The translations under genes and the position numbers were made by a program. From the NCBI GenBank assembly GCA_965649825.1, contig OZ287701.1, positions 547,101 to 611,100 on the forward strand: 64,000 bases of DNA, read 5' to 3'. The DNA comes from Penicillus capitatus (lineage: Eukaryota > Plantae > Chlorophyta). The notes under the pieces are model-generated. The model worked only from the letters and a program-made list of their open reading frames with translations. It searched no databases and was not told the origin of the DNA. Shown here one piece after another: positions 1 to 11,263 of the stretch; position 1 is the first letter of the stretch, and every line of letters begins with the position of its first letter.

Positions 1-281
1 CTGAGAGCCTTCAACGTTTCCTGTCGACGTACTCCAACTCTTAACAGCGAAGATTTCTTGTTGTCTTCACCAGGAGCTGCAGCCGCAAGGGGGTCTCTTT
101 CTTGGTGTCGAGTGAGTCGCCGAGGTCTTCCCTCGTCTCCTCGTCGAAAGCCTTCGGCATCTAGGTAACCTCTCCGTACAACAAGCGTTAAGCAGTCGGC
201 TTCGGCGTAAGGTCCGTTTATGCTGACAGCCAAGATGGCAGGCATGTAGCGCGTTCTTGCACGGCAAGCATGACGGGACAA
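1..281 (-). CDS. 5' fragment of an ankyrin-repeat gene paralog (continues off the window); start codon uncertain
   Basis: Near-identical mirror of 51065..51345, which is the first exon region of the ankyrin gene at 51065..54229. Confidence 0.55.
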   Translation of the reverse strand, partial: MSRHACRARTRYMPAILAVSINGPYAEADCLTLVVRRGYLDAEGFRRGDEGRPRRLTRHQERDPLAAAAPGEDNKKSSLLRVGVRRQETLKAL

Positions 282-1210
282 CGAAGCATCCGAAGAGGCA
301 GAGATGGCTGTACACGTTTACATAGGTCTTCCACAGTAGAACACAACATAGAAACGCTAGAGTCAAAGCATCCATGAGCCAAAGAAGTCGGTCTCATGCA
401 TCGACGAGGCCTGATATGCTTCAATGCATCCAGCACGCTCATCTAGTGCAGGAACAAAGTAATCAGCATGATGCGACCTTCTCCCTGTTTTGAGCAACGT
501 GCATATGGACTGTGGAGAAAAACGGAGATCGGAATCAAGGTCTAGTCCAGAAGTTTCGTTCGACACATACAGGCGTTCGACTCATCTCTTGTACGAACAA
601 CTGCATAGAATCTCGCTAATCAGAGGAAATAGAAGAAACACGTGCAGAGATCCTTGGACACTGCACATCTTTGCACGTCGTCGACGAGCGGATCGTTGAT
701 CTACCGGCCGTGACTGTTGCGCCTAACCACGTTTGCAAACCTTAGATTGCAAGATGAGCTCGGAGAGATGAGAGTGTCCAGAGAGGCCCAAGGCCGGGGA
801 GAGTGTGTTTTTGTTACTTCAGAGAAGATCGCATAGAACAACAGACGGATTTAAGGCATCGAGCAAAAGCAGCACTTCGTGACTCACTCTGCACGTTTGG
901 CAACTCACAAAGACCGTTCAAGAACGCTGAAGTGACAGTCATTCTGATTCGCGCCACTGCTCTCAGCTGGGAGAGTGCAATGACAGCAGAATATGCACAG
1001 GTTACTTCCACACGAGACGGTTGAGTACAAAGAGCCACGTCAGATTCAATAAGTTCAGTTTCGTCGGACCTGACGCCGAACTGCGGTCCGCCTGCCGCAT
1101 GAAACGACGTCTAGAAAGATAAACGACTGCGACATCGCGCATGTCATCCGTCGCCCGGCAAACTGCAACCCCTTCTTCTATCGCATCTGGCATCTGGATT
1201 GCAGTCGAGG

Positions 1211-1801
1211 ATGAGAGTTTGGCAGTGTGCGTTGCGCGGGGACGGACGGGAATCTTGTCCTGGGTCTGAAGGTGACAGAGTCGAGGCCACGCTCTTCCCA
1301 TGCCTATATGAGACCTACCCGTCGGACAACAATATCATCGGAGGAAGTCTCCAAGTAGACGAACCCGTTGGAGTCACGTTTAATAAGCTTTCCATTGCGT
1401 TTGGCGTCATAGCCCTTGTCGTCTGGGTCGTGGGAATCATTCGTTTGAGACAAGAAATCCGAAATGGAAACAGCCCCCTGATCGCCTTTCTGGTCTACGT
1501 TTTCGTTGTCGCCGTCGGAAGTGTCGTCTGTGGCGTCCTGCTGCAATTGCAACTAAACGATTCCTCGGATGTCGTCTGTCGAGGTTACACTTCTCTGTTC
1601 GGGGAGTACGTGGAGTGTGCTATCGGTTATGTGTGCAATGGCAACAAGTTGGAGAAGGAGAATGACGGTTCGGATGTTGCACTCATGCTGTTCTTTTGTG
1701 CCTCTGCTTTTCTCTCCCCTGTCTTCGGCGCAGTAGCTTTGATGGTCGTCATCGTGACAGACGTCTTGCAATGTGACTGTTTCGTGTTCTTTCCCAACTG
1801 A
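1211..1801 (+). CDS. Small orphan membrane protein with about 3 hydrophobic segments and several Cys (copy A)
   Basis: ~196-codon ORF with hydrophobic stretches (LSIAFGVIALVVWVVGII; LIAFLVYVFVVAVGSVVCGVLL; VALMLFFCASAFLSPVFGAVALMVVIV). The frame is intact in both copies despite 16 amino-acid differences. Confidence 0.6.
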   Translation: MRVWQCALRGDGRESCPGSEGDRVEATLFPCLYETYPSDNNIIGGSLQVDEPVGVTFNKLSIAFGVIALVVWVVGIIRLRQEIRNGNSPLIAFLVYVFVVAVGSVVCGVLLQLQLNDSSDVVCRGYTSLFGEYVECAIGYVCNGNKLEKENDGSDVALMLFFCASAFLSPVFGAVALMVVIVTDVLQCDCFVFFPN

Positions 1802-3022
1802 CGGATCAATTCTGAATGTCGCAGTCGACGTCTACAGATTCTGAGATGTTTGGCAATCGATACGGTTCATTCACACTGGAAAACGAGAATACGTTCAATC
1901 TAATAAAAAATACGTCCGTCGTCTGGTTGTCGTAGTCACAATTCATATCCTTCCAACCTCACCTGTTGCACATTGGTGTCTGTCTGTTAGCATCCATACG
2001 ATTCATTAAGCACGTACGTGGCAATGATGTGAGTATACACTTCAGATGTCAAGAATAGTGGATCTCTGGATTGTTTGTGTTTCCAAACGCCTGTTCTTCC
2101 CTGTAAGCCAACAAACCGTGAATGTGAGCTGTCGTTTCGGAAAAGGAAATCAATCACCAACCTGAGATCAGACAAAAGGAATCGAGACTGAACGCATAAC
2201 AGCCAGAATCGTGGTGCGCGGCATTGTCCGTCATCTGACTGTCTACCGTAAGCGACGTAGGGATCTTAAAGGCAGAGTTTCGATTGACCATAAGAACTTC
2301 ATGTGAATCGACACGACAACTCTGCAGCGCGGCACAGGACTTGAGATCTAGTAATTACGAGAACTGCGTCTGAGTGACTTCACGGCAGGATTATCGCCGG
2401 GTAACTGTCCCTGGACGCGAAGCGTCCTGCGGCTCAGATGTGCGAAGATTCCCTAGCGAAAGAGAGCAGCTTCTTCTGGAATTTTTACATCCAATACGCA
2501 CTTCCAACACGCTGTGCTACACCGACGTCGTGGGCGACATGGTCGAGCGATCAAGAATCACCATGACGACGTCGGCAGCTGCGAAGCCGATGATTCACAT
2601 GCGTAGCTCAATACATGGATGTTGGCGTTAGGTCGCCCCGCTAGACATCTGATCGTGTCGACGCACGTCGAGAGGCGTGGCACGATAGAAGCAGAACGCA
2701 AAGATTCACGGCGCCTGTCTGAGGCGTTGCGTCTGTTATCTTCTAGAGGTCTTGTCTCACCTGTCTTCTCAGTGGCAGTCAACAGTCGATGTGCCACTTA
2801 CGCGACTTCAGCGTTGTTGATTGACGCGTCCAGTCAAAGTACATTCAACTACTACAGCATGAATCCATCATCCGTGAAGCGATTTTGATTTTAGTTCGCC
2901 CCGACGCGCATGAACAGTTTGTTCGTTCGCATTGTTCTACGCAGTTCTCCATATTCTACCGCACAAGCTCTTTTCGTTCGCGCGACAGCAAAGGGAACGG
3001 CGGTGTTTGCCGAAAGGAAGAC

Positions 3023-6000
3023 ATGTCTGAGCGAAGGTGCCGTCTGTCGTCGAAGACGCCGTTGGTGCACATTCTGGTCTTGCTGTTTCTGCTGCGCCGA
3101 GGAGAGGCGTTTTCGCTCTTCCCAGGTGAGGCGTTTCACGGCAGCTTTCTTCTACGCAGTCTGTAGTAACGCCAGCTGCCTGTGCTGTCTGGTTGCGAGG
3201 TTCAATGACTGTTTGATGCTCAGGTGGCCGCTGGAGAGTACGCGCTACGCCTACAGAGGTTCACGTCAAAACGACTAAAGAGGCAAAGACGGCAATCGCG
3301 CAGCTTCGAAGCAAACAGACGATCGTCTTCGACTTGGACACCATGCAACTGACAGAGAAGCTTGTCATCAAAGGCGTATCTGACGTCACCATCCGCGGAG
3401 TCCGCCCATCGACGACGCTCCTTTGTCCTGCCAAAGAGAGCATCTTCTTCATCAGGCACTCCATCGCAGACGCTGCCTGCCGCTATACGGAGTCGGTTTC
3501 TTTGCACGCAGAAACTGTCGAAACCTTCGAATCGAATCTCTGGTATTCAGAGGGTGCAAGAATGCTAGCGCCATCGAAGTCTTGGGATCCCGATGGCCTT
3601 TCGCCGTCGGACCAAGAGAGCGCAGATATGCGACGGCGTTTTCGAACGATTTTGACGAGGACTGGCAGTCGGCAGGTACGAATAGCGACTGAATGCATCA
3701 TCAATCCTCGTGGCGATCATGAATAGGGTGCTCGGTGACTCTGGAACGCTGCGAATTTAGAGACAACTCCAAAAAGGGATCGACTGTTCCATCTGCTAAC
3801 CTTCCACACGAGAACCCTTCACCGCAAGATCTGGGCGGGAGTGCGTTATCAGTTTATCGCTGTGCGCTGAACCTGAGCGAGACGCAGTTCACAAACAACA
3901 GTGCCGACATTGGAGGTGCTGTGGATGTGCGGAACGCTCCTGTGAGGGCCAAGCGATGCGAGTTTCGCAACAACAAGGCGATGCTGATTGCGGGGGCCAT
4001 TTTCTGTGACAAAATTGATGCAAGCTTTCAGCACTGCCGGTTTGAGGGAAACAGTGGCGAAGACGGAGGGGCAGTTCTTGTGTTTTCAGGAAATGTGACC
4101 TTTAGTCGATGCAGCATCACAAAAAACAACGCCACCAACGAAGGCGGCGGCGTTATTGCTTTCGGCGATGCTACCTTTTATGATTGCGACATCTCAAATA
4201 ACACCGCCCTCCGCCGCGGCGGACTCTTCGTGGAAGGCGTCGCCAAGTTCAGTCGCTGCAGTTTTAAGCACAACAGCGCTGGATTTCAAGGAGGTGCTCT
4301 TGACGTAAGAAAAATGGCGACATTGAATAACTGTACGTTCACAAACAACGTAGCTGGTCGCAGTGGAGGAGCCATCATGTCGGTTGCCTGCAGTTTGACG
4401 TGCAATGAGCTCATCATGCGTCACAACCGGGCAGAAGAAGGCGGTGCCATTTTGACTGTTGACGGCGTTGTCAACTTCACTGACTGCAGATTCGAAGAAA
4501 ATTTAGCCAAAATAGGCGGCGGAGCAGGAGCATTTCGACGAACGAATGTGACGGTAAAAGTCACTACTGTTTTTAAATCAAACTATGCTCGTATTGGTGG
4601 TGCATTGGAACTGCAAGAAGGAAGCTACTTTAAAATTGCAGGAGGGTCCATACACTCCCAGAGCATTACAAGGTTCATATCCAACATGGCTTACATGACA
4701 GGAGGTGCAATTGCTTGCATCCAATGCGGTACGTTGCTTTTCTACACTTACTTCGCTAGGCGTGTGTTTGTTGCATGATAGGCAGTATCGATTTTCAAAA
4801 TTACAGCCAGGCACACTTCAGTGAGAATCTGGCAACAAATGCTGGCGGTGCAATGCTCTTCGAGGGAGGGACTCTGTTTTCGGACCAGCATTCAGATCTC
4901 CTCTTTGCGAGAAACATCGCTTCGATTGGAGGAGCGATATGCCTCAGAAACGCCGGAGGGATCAAGAACGAATGCCAAGCATCGCCCTGTTTCACCTATG
5001 CGAACAACACAGCTGTGCTCGGCGGTGCTGTCTACATCAGTTCCGAGCACGAACTATCTCAATCCATTGAGGTAAATAGCACTCAGCAGTGTTCCTCCTG
5101 ACTCCTTTTTGCTTTCAGATTCGAGGGTGGCATTTGACAGATAACCGAGCACTCGGTCTGGAATGGCTGGGAGCTGATGGCGACTCTCTCGTTCGAACGT
5201 GGCTTCACGTGAGGAAGCTGACTGATCAGTACCTCTCACATATCGAGGATCGCCATCAAGGCGAAGGAGGTGGCTTCTACCTTTCTCTCAATAACACCAG
5301 GGGTGGATCGAGTGTCAATGTGGTGCTGGAAGAAATCTTGATCTTAAGGAATAAGGCCTTCACTGGAGGTGAGTTTTTCCGTGTGCGAAATACAGACTGA
5401 GAGACTGACTTCACTAGGTGGTATGTATCTCGAAGGCAGCTACGAAAACGGGGTACGCTTTTGCAAAGCTCCTTGTCCTCGTACCGTCTTCCCAAATCAG
5501 CGCTACCGTCGTGTAATGTTTAGTAATGTAAATGTAACCCAAAACACTGCCGAAAACAGTGGAAGCGGTTTGTATGTGGGTTCAATATCGAACTTCACAT
5601 ATGTTTGTCATGATAATGATACTGGGACAGATGACGTCTTAGAAGGACATGTTTTTGGAAATCGAACATGCCTTACTGTGACGGACAACCGCATGCTCGT
5701 GAGTTTGTTCCCCATCTCCATGATCACACTTTCTCTGTTATCATTTAGACTGACAGGAATAGCAGATTTAATGACATCGGGACGGATGCTGTGTCTTTGA
5801 AGATAGAAAACGTCGATGGACCTTTGTCATTATCTCCTGGAGATCTTCTGGGCATCTCTTCCAAGGTTAACGAGAACTCAGAATGTTTACCCAGAGACAT
5901 CAGGATCTCCGTGAGAGACATCTTTGGCGAAACCATCGAATGGCCAAACAAAGATAGCGGTGAGATCATGCTGCAGCTTCTTCGAGGTTCATGCGTGACC

Positions 6001-8459
6001 CGTAGATCTTACTGTGGTGCTCGAATCTCAACATATCAGCGGAACAACTGAATACACTGCTAAGAACGGGATTGTGAGCATCGACAACACAAACGTGGTC
6101 GGAGCAGACATTAATGATACGATAGTGATTCGTTCGAAGGACGGAAGGGATCTGTCGACGTCGCTGCTCTTCGGCACGACACACTGTCAACACGGAGAGC
6201 TCATGGATGAAGACAAAGCCACCTGCTCTCGATGCAAGTACTCGTACTACAGTTTTTCGACGATAGACGAATGCCGAGAGTGTGAGGAGCATGGGATATG
6301 CGTTGGAACCATGGCATTAGTGCCAGAGGAAGAGTACTGGCACTCGACGCCCTTCTCGCCTCGAATGATCAAGTGTCCCATCGACAGAGCATGCAAAAGA
6401 AAGAACAGAACAAGGGATCTGGTCGAGTACTATGAAGATACGACGCGCGTCTCAGAAGAACTACGAACATGGAACCAACGCGACAGAGAGCCGGAAGACT
6501 TTACAGAAGACTATCGCCAGTGTTCAGATGCATACAACGGGACACTGTGCGCCTCATGCGCCGAAGATCACGGACGATCAGTAAGCGGCCAATGCGAGCC
6601 TTGCGGCGGCAGCCGTTTGGTATCTGTTGTCATGACCCTAGCTTCAGCAGTTTTGTTCTTTTTTGCTTTTTCTTTCAAGTTGTGGCTGGCCTGGAGAAGC
6701 ATGCACACAGATCTTGCCATCCAAGCTTCGCAGAGACTGAGGATTGCCCTCGGATTGGATAAGCCATCCTTGTCTTCGAGAAGCTCATCGGACGCTGAAG
6801 ACAGTTCGTCGGAGCCACTCATCCAGTACCGTACAGACCATCCAGATCCAGTCAAAGACGCCCAATCGCTTGATGAGAAGGCGACCGGACCTTCCACCTC
6901 CGAACAGCGAGCTATAGAGATCAGACGCTTGTCGCGATCCGACCCAACGACAGATCAGCACAGATGTCGCGTGTGCACGGATGGTTCTAACTGTCCTGAC
7001 TTCAGCGGAGCAGTGGGATCCGTCTTGACGATCTATGGAGTAAGAAAATCTACCGTCGATGGGCATTGCTGATGTCATTTTGTTCTCGTAGATACTGTTC
7101 GACTACATGCAACTGTGCAGTTTGGCCTTTTCTCTTGGCGTCAAGTGGGAAACGGGCATGAAAGCGATGCTCCGCGTTCAAGGTAGCCAGACTATTCATC
7201 TGTGGCCCAGGTTCACCATTCGACGATGAATCGTAGGCGCAGCGGCGAGGATGAGCAACATTATCCGCTTGCACCCATTCGAGTGCAACTTCTCAAATGA
7301 ATACCGTCATGAGCACGAGAAAGGCTTGACACTGATGATTCTGTTGATTCGAACTCTCTTCCCTTTCGTCATACTTCTCTTCTATGTCCTCGTGTTTGCA
7401 TTGTGGAGGCTCAGTCTCAAACGACGAGGAGATCGATCAACCGAAGACGGTGTGACTCCACATGTCCAGTTTATTTTCTTTTTTGGGTTTTTCACTTACG
7501 TTATCGACATCGCTGGTGAACTGTTCCGCGTTGTCAGTTTTGCCAAGCTGCCAGAGAAGCTCTCCGATCACGAGTTCAATCGCTACGATCTCCTGAACGA
7601 CAGTTTCATCTGGTCAGAAGACTCGTCCATCAAATACATGGAGGGCCCTCATTTGTGGGTATCTGTGCTTTCTCTGACTTTGTTGTTTTGTTGCCTCGTT
7701 GTTCTCGGCTACTCGGCATCCATCATATACCGTGGTAAACAGCAAGACCTGTTGGAGGATGTCGATTTCGTGCACAAGTACGGATTCCTGTACTCTGGAC
7801 TCCGTTCCACAGGACTGGCTCTGTACTGGAACATTTTCGTGGCAATGAGAACGATAACGCTGTCGTTCGTCATCATTGTTTTCTCGCCGATCAATGTGAC
7901 CACGAACATCAGACTGGGTTTGGTGTTCATTGTGATTTTTATATCTTACTCAATGCATGTCTTCGTTCAGCCGATTGACAGCGAAGACATTCACAAGACG
8001 CTGCCTTCCTGCATGGGCAGCACTCTCAGATGGCTGGGTGCTGATCAACTGGCGTCGTCGTGGATATGGTTCAACAACAGAATCGGTTACAACTCGATGG
8101 AGGCAACATCGCTGCTGATGGCTCTCTTCGTCTATGCCATTGCGACATCCATCACCGACGAAGAAGCATCCATGCTCTCCATCAACGCGCTTTCCACCAT
8201 CTGCGCCACTCTGAATTTCATTTTCATGGGCTTCTTGTTTTGTCGCCTGTGGTTAGGCGTCCACAGAATACTGGACGTGCATGCAAAACACTTGAGGATA
8301 TGGTTTCAAGGAATCCACGATCTGGAGGAAGATGAAGACACCTGGCTGGTTCACAAGCTCTGGGTCATCTGGCAATCGGGCCGGGCGGATAGGGACACCA
8401 GTGGATTCTGGAAGCTGCGTTCTGAACTCGCTTCTCTCAATGACCCCTTAAAAACATAA
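3023..8459 (+). CDS. Large receptor-like protein (copy A): signal peptide, Pmp-like right-handed beta-helix repeats, Cys-rich region, multi-pass TM C-terminus; about 10 exons
   Basis: ATG 3023 followed by a hydrophobic leader (PLVHILVLLFLLRRG). Repeated GGA(I/L/V) and FxxN motifs at 3735-5070. Cys-rich CQHGELM..CSRC..C..C..C..GYNGTLCASC at 6180-6610. Several TM helices at 6620-8270. The exons can be joined in frame through GT/GC-AG introns (e.g. 3126-3223, 3456-3510, 3676-3726), ending at TAA 8457-8459. Confidence 0.85.
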
Positions 8460-9417
8460 GTCTCTTTTTGAACTCAGTTCCCTGCCAGTAATGAAAGGAG
8501 AACTTGGAACATCTCTAATAATTGCACTGATGAACGTCAGTGCTGCTGCAGTCTATAAACTCAACCATTCTTTCAGCCGTCTTCTGATGAAGGATGACGG
8601 TTTGCTTTTTCAGTTTACGTCTGTATAAATCTTACTCGTTAATTGTCTTTGCCTTCTGTTATCAGCAGCATGGGTGCGCATCTAGACTATCGCAGCCATG
8701 TTTAATGGTATGTCATTGGAATTTGAATGTCGATAAGATCCTTCAATCCACATGTTCAGTGCTCACATGTTATGTAGAGTTTCCGATCCCGTGAAACGCA
8801 TAGATGTGGCATTGCGTGTAATCAAAGTGTTTATTGAGCATGAAATGATTTCAGCTCATCGTTCCAGCTTGTTTGACATCCCCAGCACAAAGCATTTTCG
8901 GGTCGCAACCTCGTTTCGTTCCTAGATCAAAGATCAAAAACTGTCCAGTGAGAGACAACACATGAGATCATCGACGCGCAGATTCAACGGATAGACTGAA
9001 AGGAATCTGTGAGAAGCTTCATGCACGATGTGACAGCTATGCAATGGCCAATCCCATCCCGATGTTAATGTGACACTCGGCATGCGCGTTTCCACAACGG
9101 GGCGCGGCAAAAGAGAATACAGACGTGTGAGTTCAGAATGCGGCACAATGCCTGATTCGTAGCGCGCCACACTCTAACAGGCGAACACATGAGGCAGACG
9201 TCAGGAGAGCTATCGATTTTATGTACGCACTGACGTGACAGATGGATGATCTTTGTTTGCGTCGTTTCGCGAGTGTCATCAGCTGTCTTGTCACAGCAAC
9301 TTTCAATTGCGGACCACAAAACGATGGCCTCATTTAGTGTCGGCGCATCCTTGACAACTCTCTGTTTGTCTGTCCGTTTCTTGAACGGCACCTCTTTCAC
9401 GAACCTGCTTTGTTATC

Positions 9418-10036
9418 ATGACACTTTTCTCCGTTTCCTGGGCGGCCCGTATTCTCTGCCTAATTTCCTGCATCTCAGTTGCCGCGGCTATTGAAGTTAC
9501 CGTTTGCAAAGATGCGCCAACCTTCGAGCTGCCCGAAGTGAAGGTGGTACCCGACCCACCAGCGTTTGGCAAAGATGTGACAGTCTCCGTCACGTTTAAC
9601 CCAGGTCCGCCGACAGCCGCCATGAGCAGACGTTCAATTTCTCTGTAGATGGCGTCAGGGAGTCAGGCGCTACTTTCGAGTGGGAGGTTTTCTTCATCAT
9701 GTTCGACTTCTTTTCAACGGAGTACCAAAGAAGAGACGCATCTACTCGCAAGCTGTGCGACTACACGAAATGCCCTATTACAGGCGATAAAGTCACGATC
9801 AATTACAAAACGTTGATACCAGACGTCGGAGACGTCGGAGGTCTGGCGGGATTTCTCGGACAGGTAATACATAAGACACTTTACAGCGCACTGCATTCCG
9901 TTTGTGGCAGTTCATTGACGTCCTGCTTCGCGTGAAAGTGAAGAGTAACGAAGACAATCTTGTCGCGTGTTTCGAAATCAAAACTAAGATCAAAGACACG
10001 TCTGGATACGATCACACACACTGGGTCTCTGTGTAG
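9418..10036 (+). CDS. Secreted ML-domain (MD-2-related lipid-recognition / NPC2-like) protein, 3 exons (copy A)
   Basis: Signal peptide MTLFSVSWAARILCLISCISVAAA, then VCKD..VKVVPDPPAFGKDVTVSV, LCDYTKCPI and ACFEI, matching the ML-family Cys spacing. Two ~50-nt GT-AG introns give a continuous frame to TAG 10034-10036. Confidence 0.85.
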
Positions 10037-11263
10037 AGGATCCGTCCGATCCAGGAGGACGCTCGATTCAGAGATCTGCCGATCGAACCGTATACAGCAG
10101 CTTTGCATTTGTATGGCATCTATCTCTGTCCTGATTGGTTGGATCATTTCAGGCAGTCCGTTTTGTTGGGCGAGGGAATCGATTTCTGAATGGATTTTTG
10201 GTTTCTTCTCCGAGTGTTTTGCACTCTTCAACGTAGTATGTTCTCTCATAATGGATTGGTGTTGGACAGTAAGACATGAACACTTTATGAGTTGTTGCCG
10301 TCTGCTCACCATTGTTCAAAATGGTGTCTGGACAGTTTTTTTGTTTTGTCTATCAGCGCCTGTTGAAAGTGGACAACTTTTAAGAGGAATGATTGGTTTA
10401 CTTGCGTTGTGAGCGATTCGCTTCTTCTCGGTCACACCTATCACACTCTCGGATCCAATCGATTGATTCTCCGATCGCCTAAAAGAGTGTCGGATTCGTA
10501 TTGATTCACTGCTTGACTGGGTTTAGATCATCTGCGACTCCATGCACAATGTCGGATTTGAGTGAACGCTAAAGACTGTGCGGTGTGTTCCCTGAAATAC
10601 CGCTTTTCTGTGATAAACACATTCTGCAGAGACGAAGCTATGAACAGATCGATGAGATTCGCACTTCAATGAGATAGATCTTGGTAAGCAGGACGAGTGC
10701 TTCACGGAGTTTGTTCGGAAGGCAAGATCAAAAGAAACATCTAGCTTTGATGTCAACCAGGTTAAGGATACAGAAGCTTCTCAGCATGACATTTCATGGT
10801 TACTACATAAGCCTTGTGTAATCTGCCATCGTCTGGATTTCCTTCCAGTGAATGTTTCTGCCTCCGTTAACTCTCGATAAAGCGCTAAGTGAGAAGAAGA
10901 GCTTGTCAAGGTTCTCTCTCAATAGAGCACGATGTATGAACATCAATGACATTGCCCGTGGCTCACTGACATTTCCACTGTTCACGTTGCGTTTGACAAC
11001 TGGACAACCAAAGAGATACCAGTCACACGATGGTCATTTCTCCACTATTCCAGTCCATTGTTTAGATCTCACGAAAAACACACGACTCACGAATACTTCA
11101 TCGACGACCGTTTCAGCATACTAACATTGTGCGTAAGTGAGACGACCCTTTTGTTGTATCATAGAGAGTCCCTTCATTTACATAGTGCTCGAAATCGTCA
11201 TTCGTTCATGTGAGAAAACTCCGAACAGAAGTTCAATCCAGCAGCTAAACGGCCGGTACCTTT

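Larger units (their letters stand above)
1..10818. repeat. Left arm of a large inverted segmental duplication; it extends beyond the window start
   Basis: Base 1 (ctgagagccttcaacgtttcc...) is the reverse complement of 51345 leftwards. Homology continues to gccttgtg at 10811-10818, which is the reverse complement of cacaaggc at 39993-40000. Mirror-image ORFs appear in the ORF track (402 aa, 352 aa, 200 aa, 76 aa pairs). Confidence 0.97.

Noticed and set aside
3735-5070. Chlamydial Pmp autotransporter or bacterial contamination
   Set aside because: The repeats sit in a spliced gene with a signal peptide, Cys-rich region and alpha-helical TM end; there is no autotransporter beta-barrel.
9881-10412. 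143-169 aa ORFs mirrored in both arms downstream of or antisense to the ML gene
   Set aside because: They are shared only because the DNA is duplicated. Their lengths differ between arms, they overlap the ML last exon, and they have no protein-like features.
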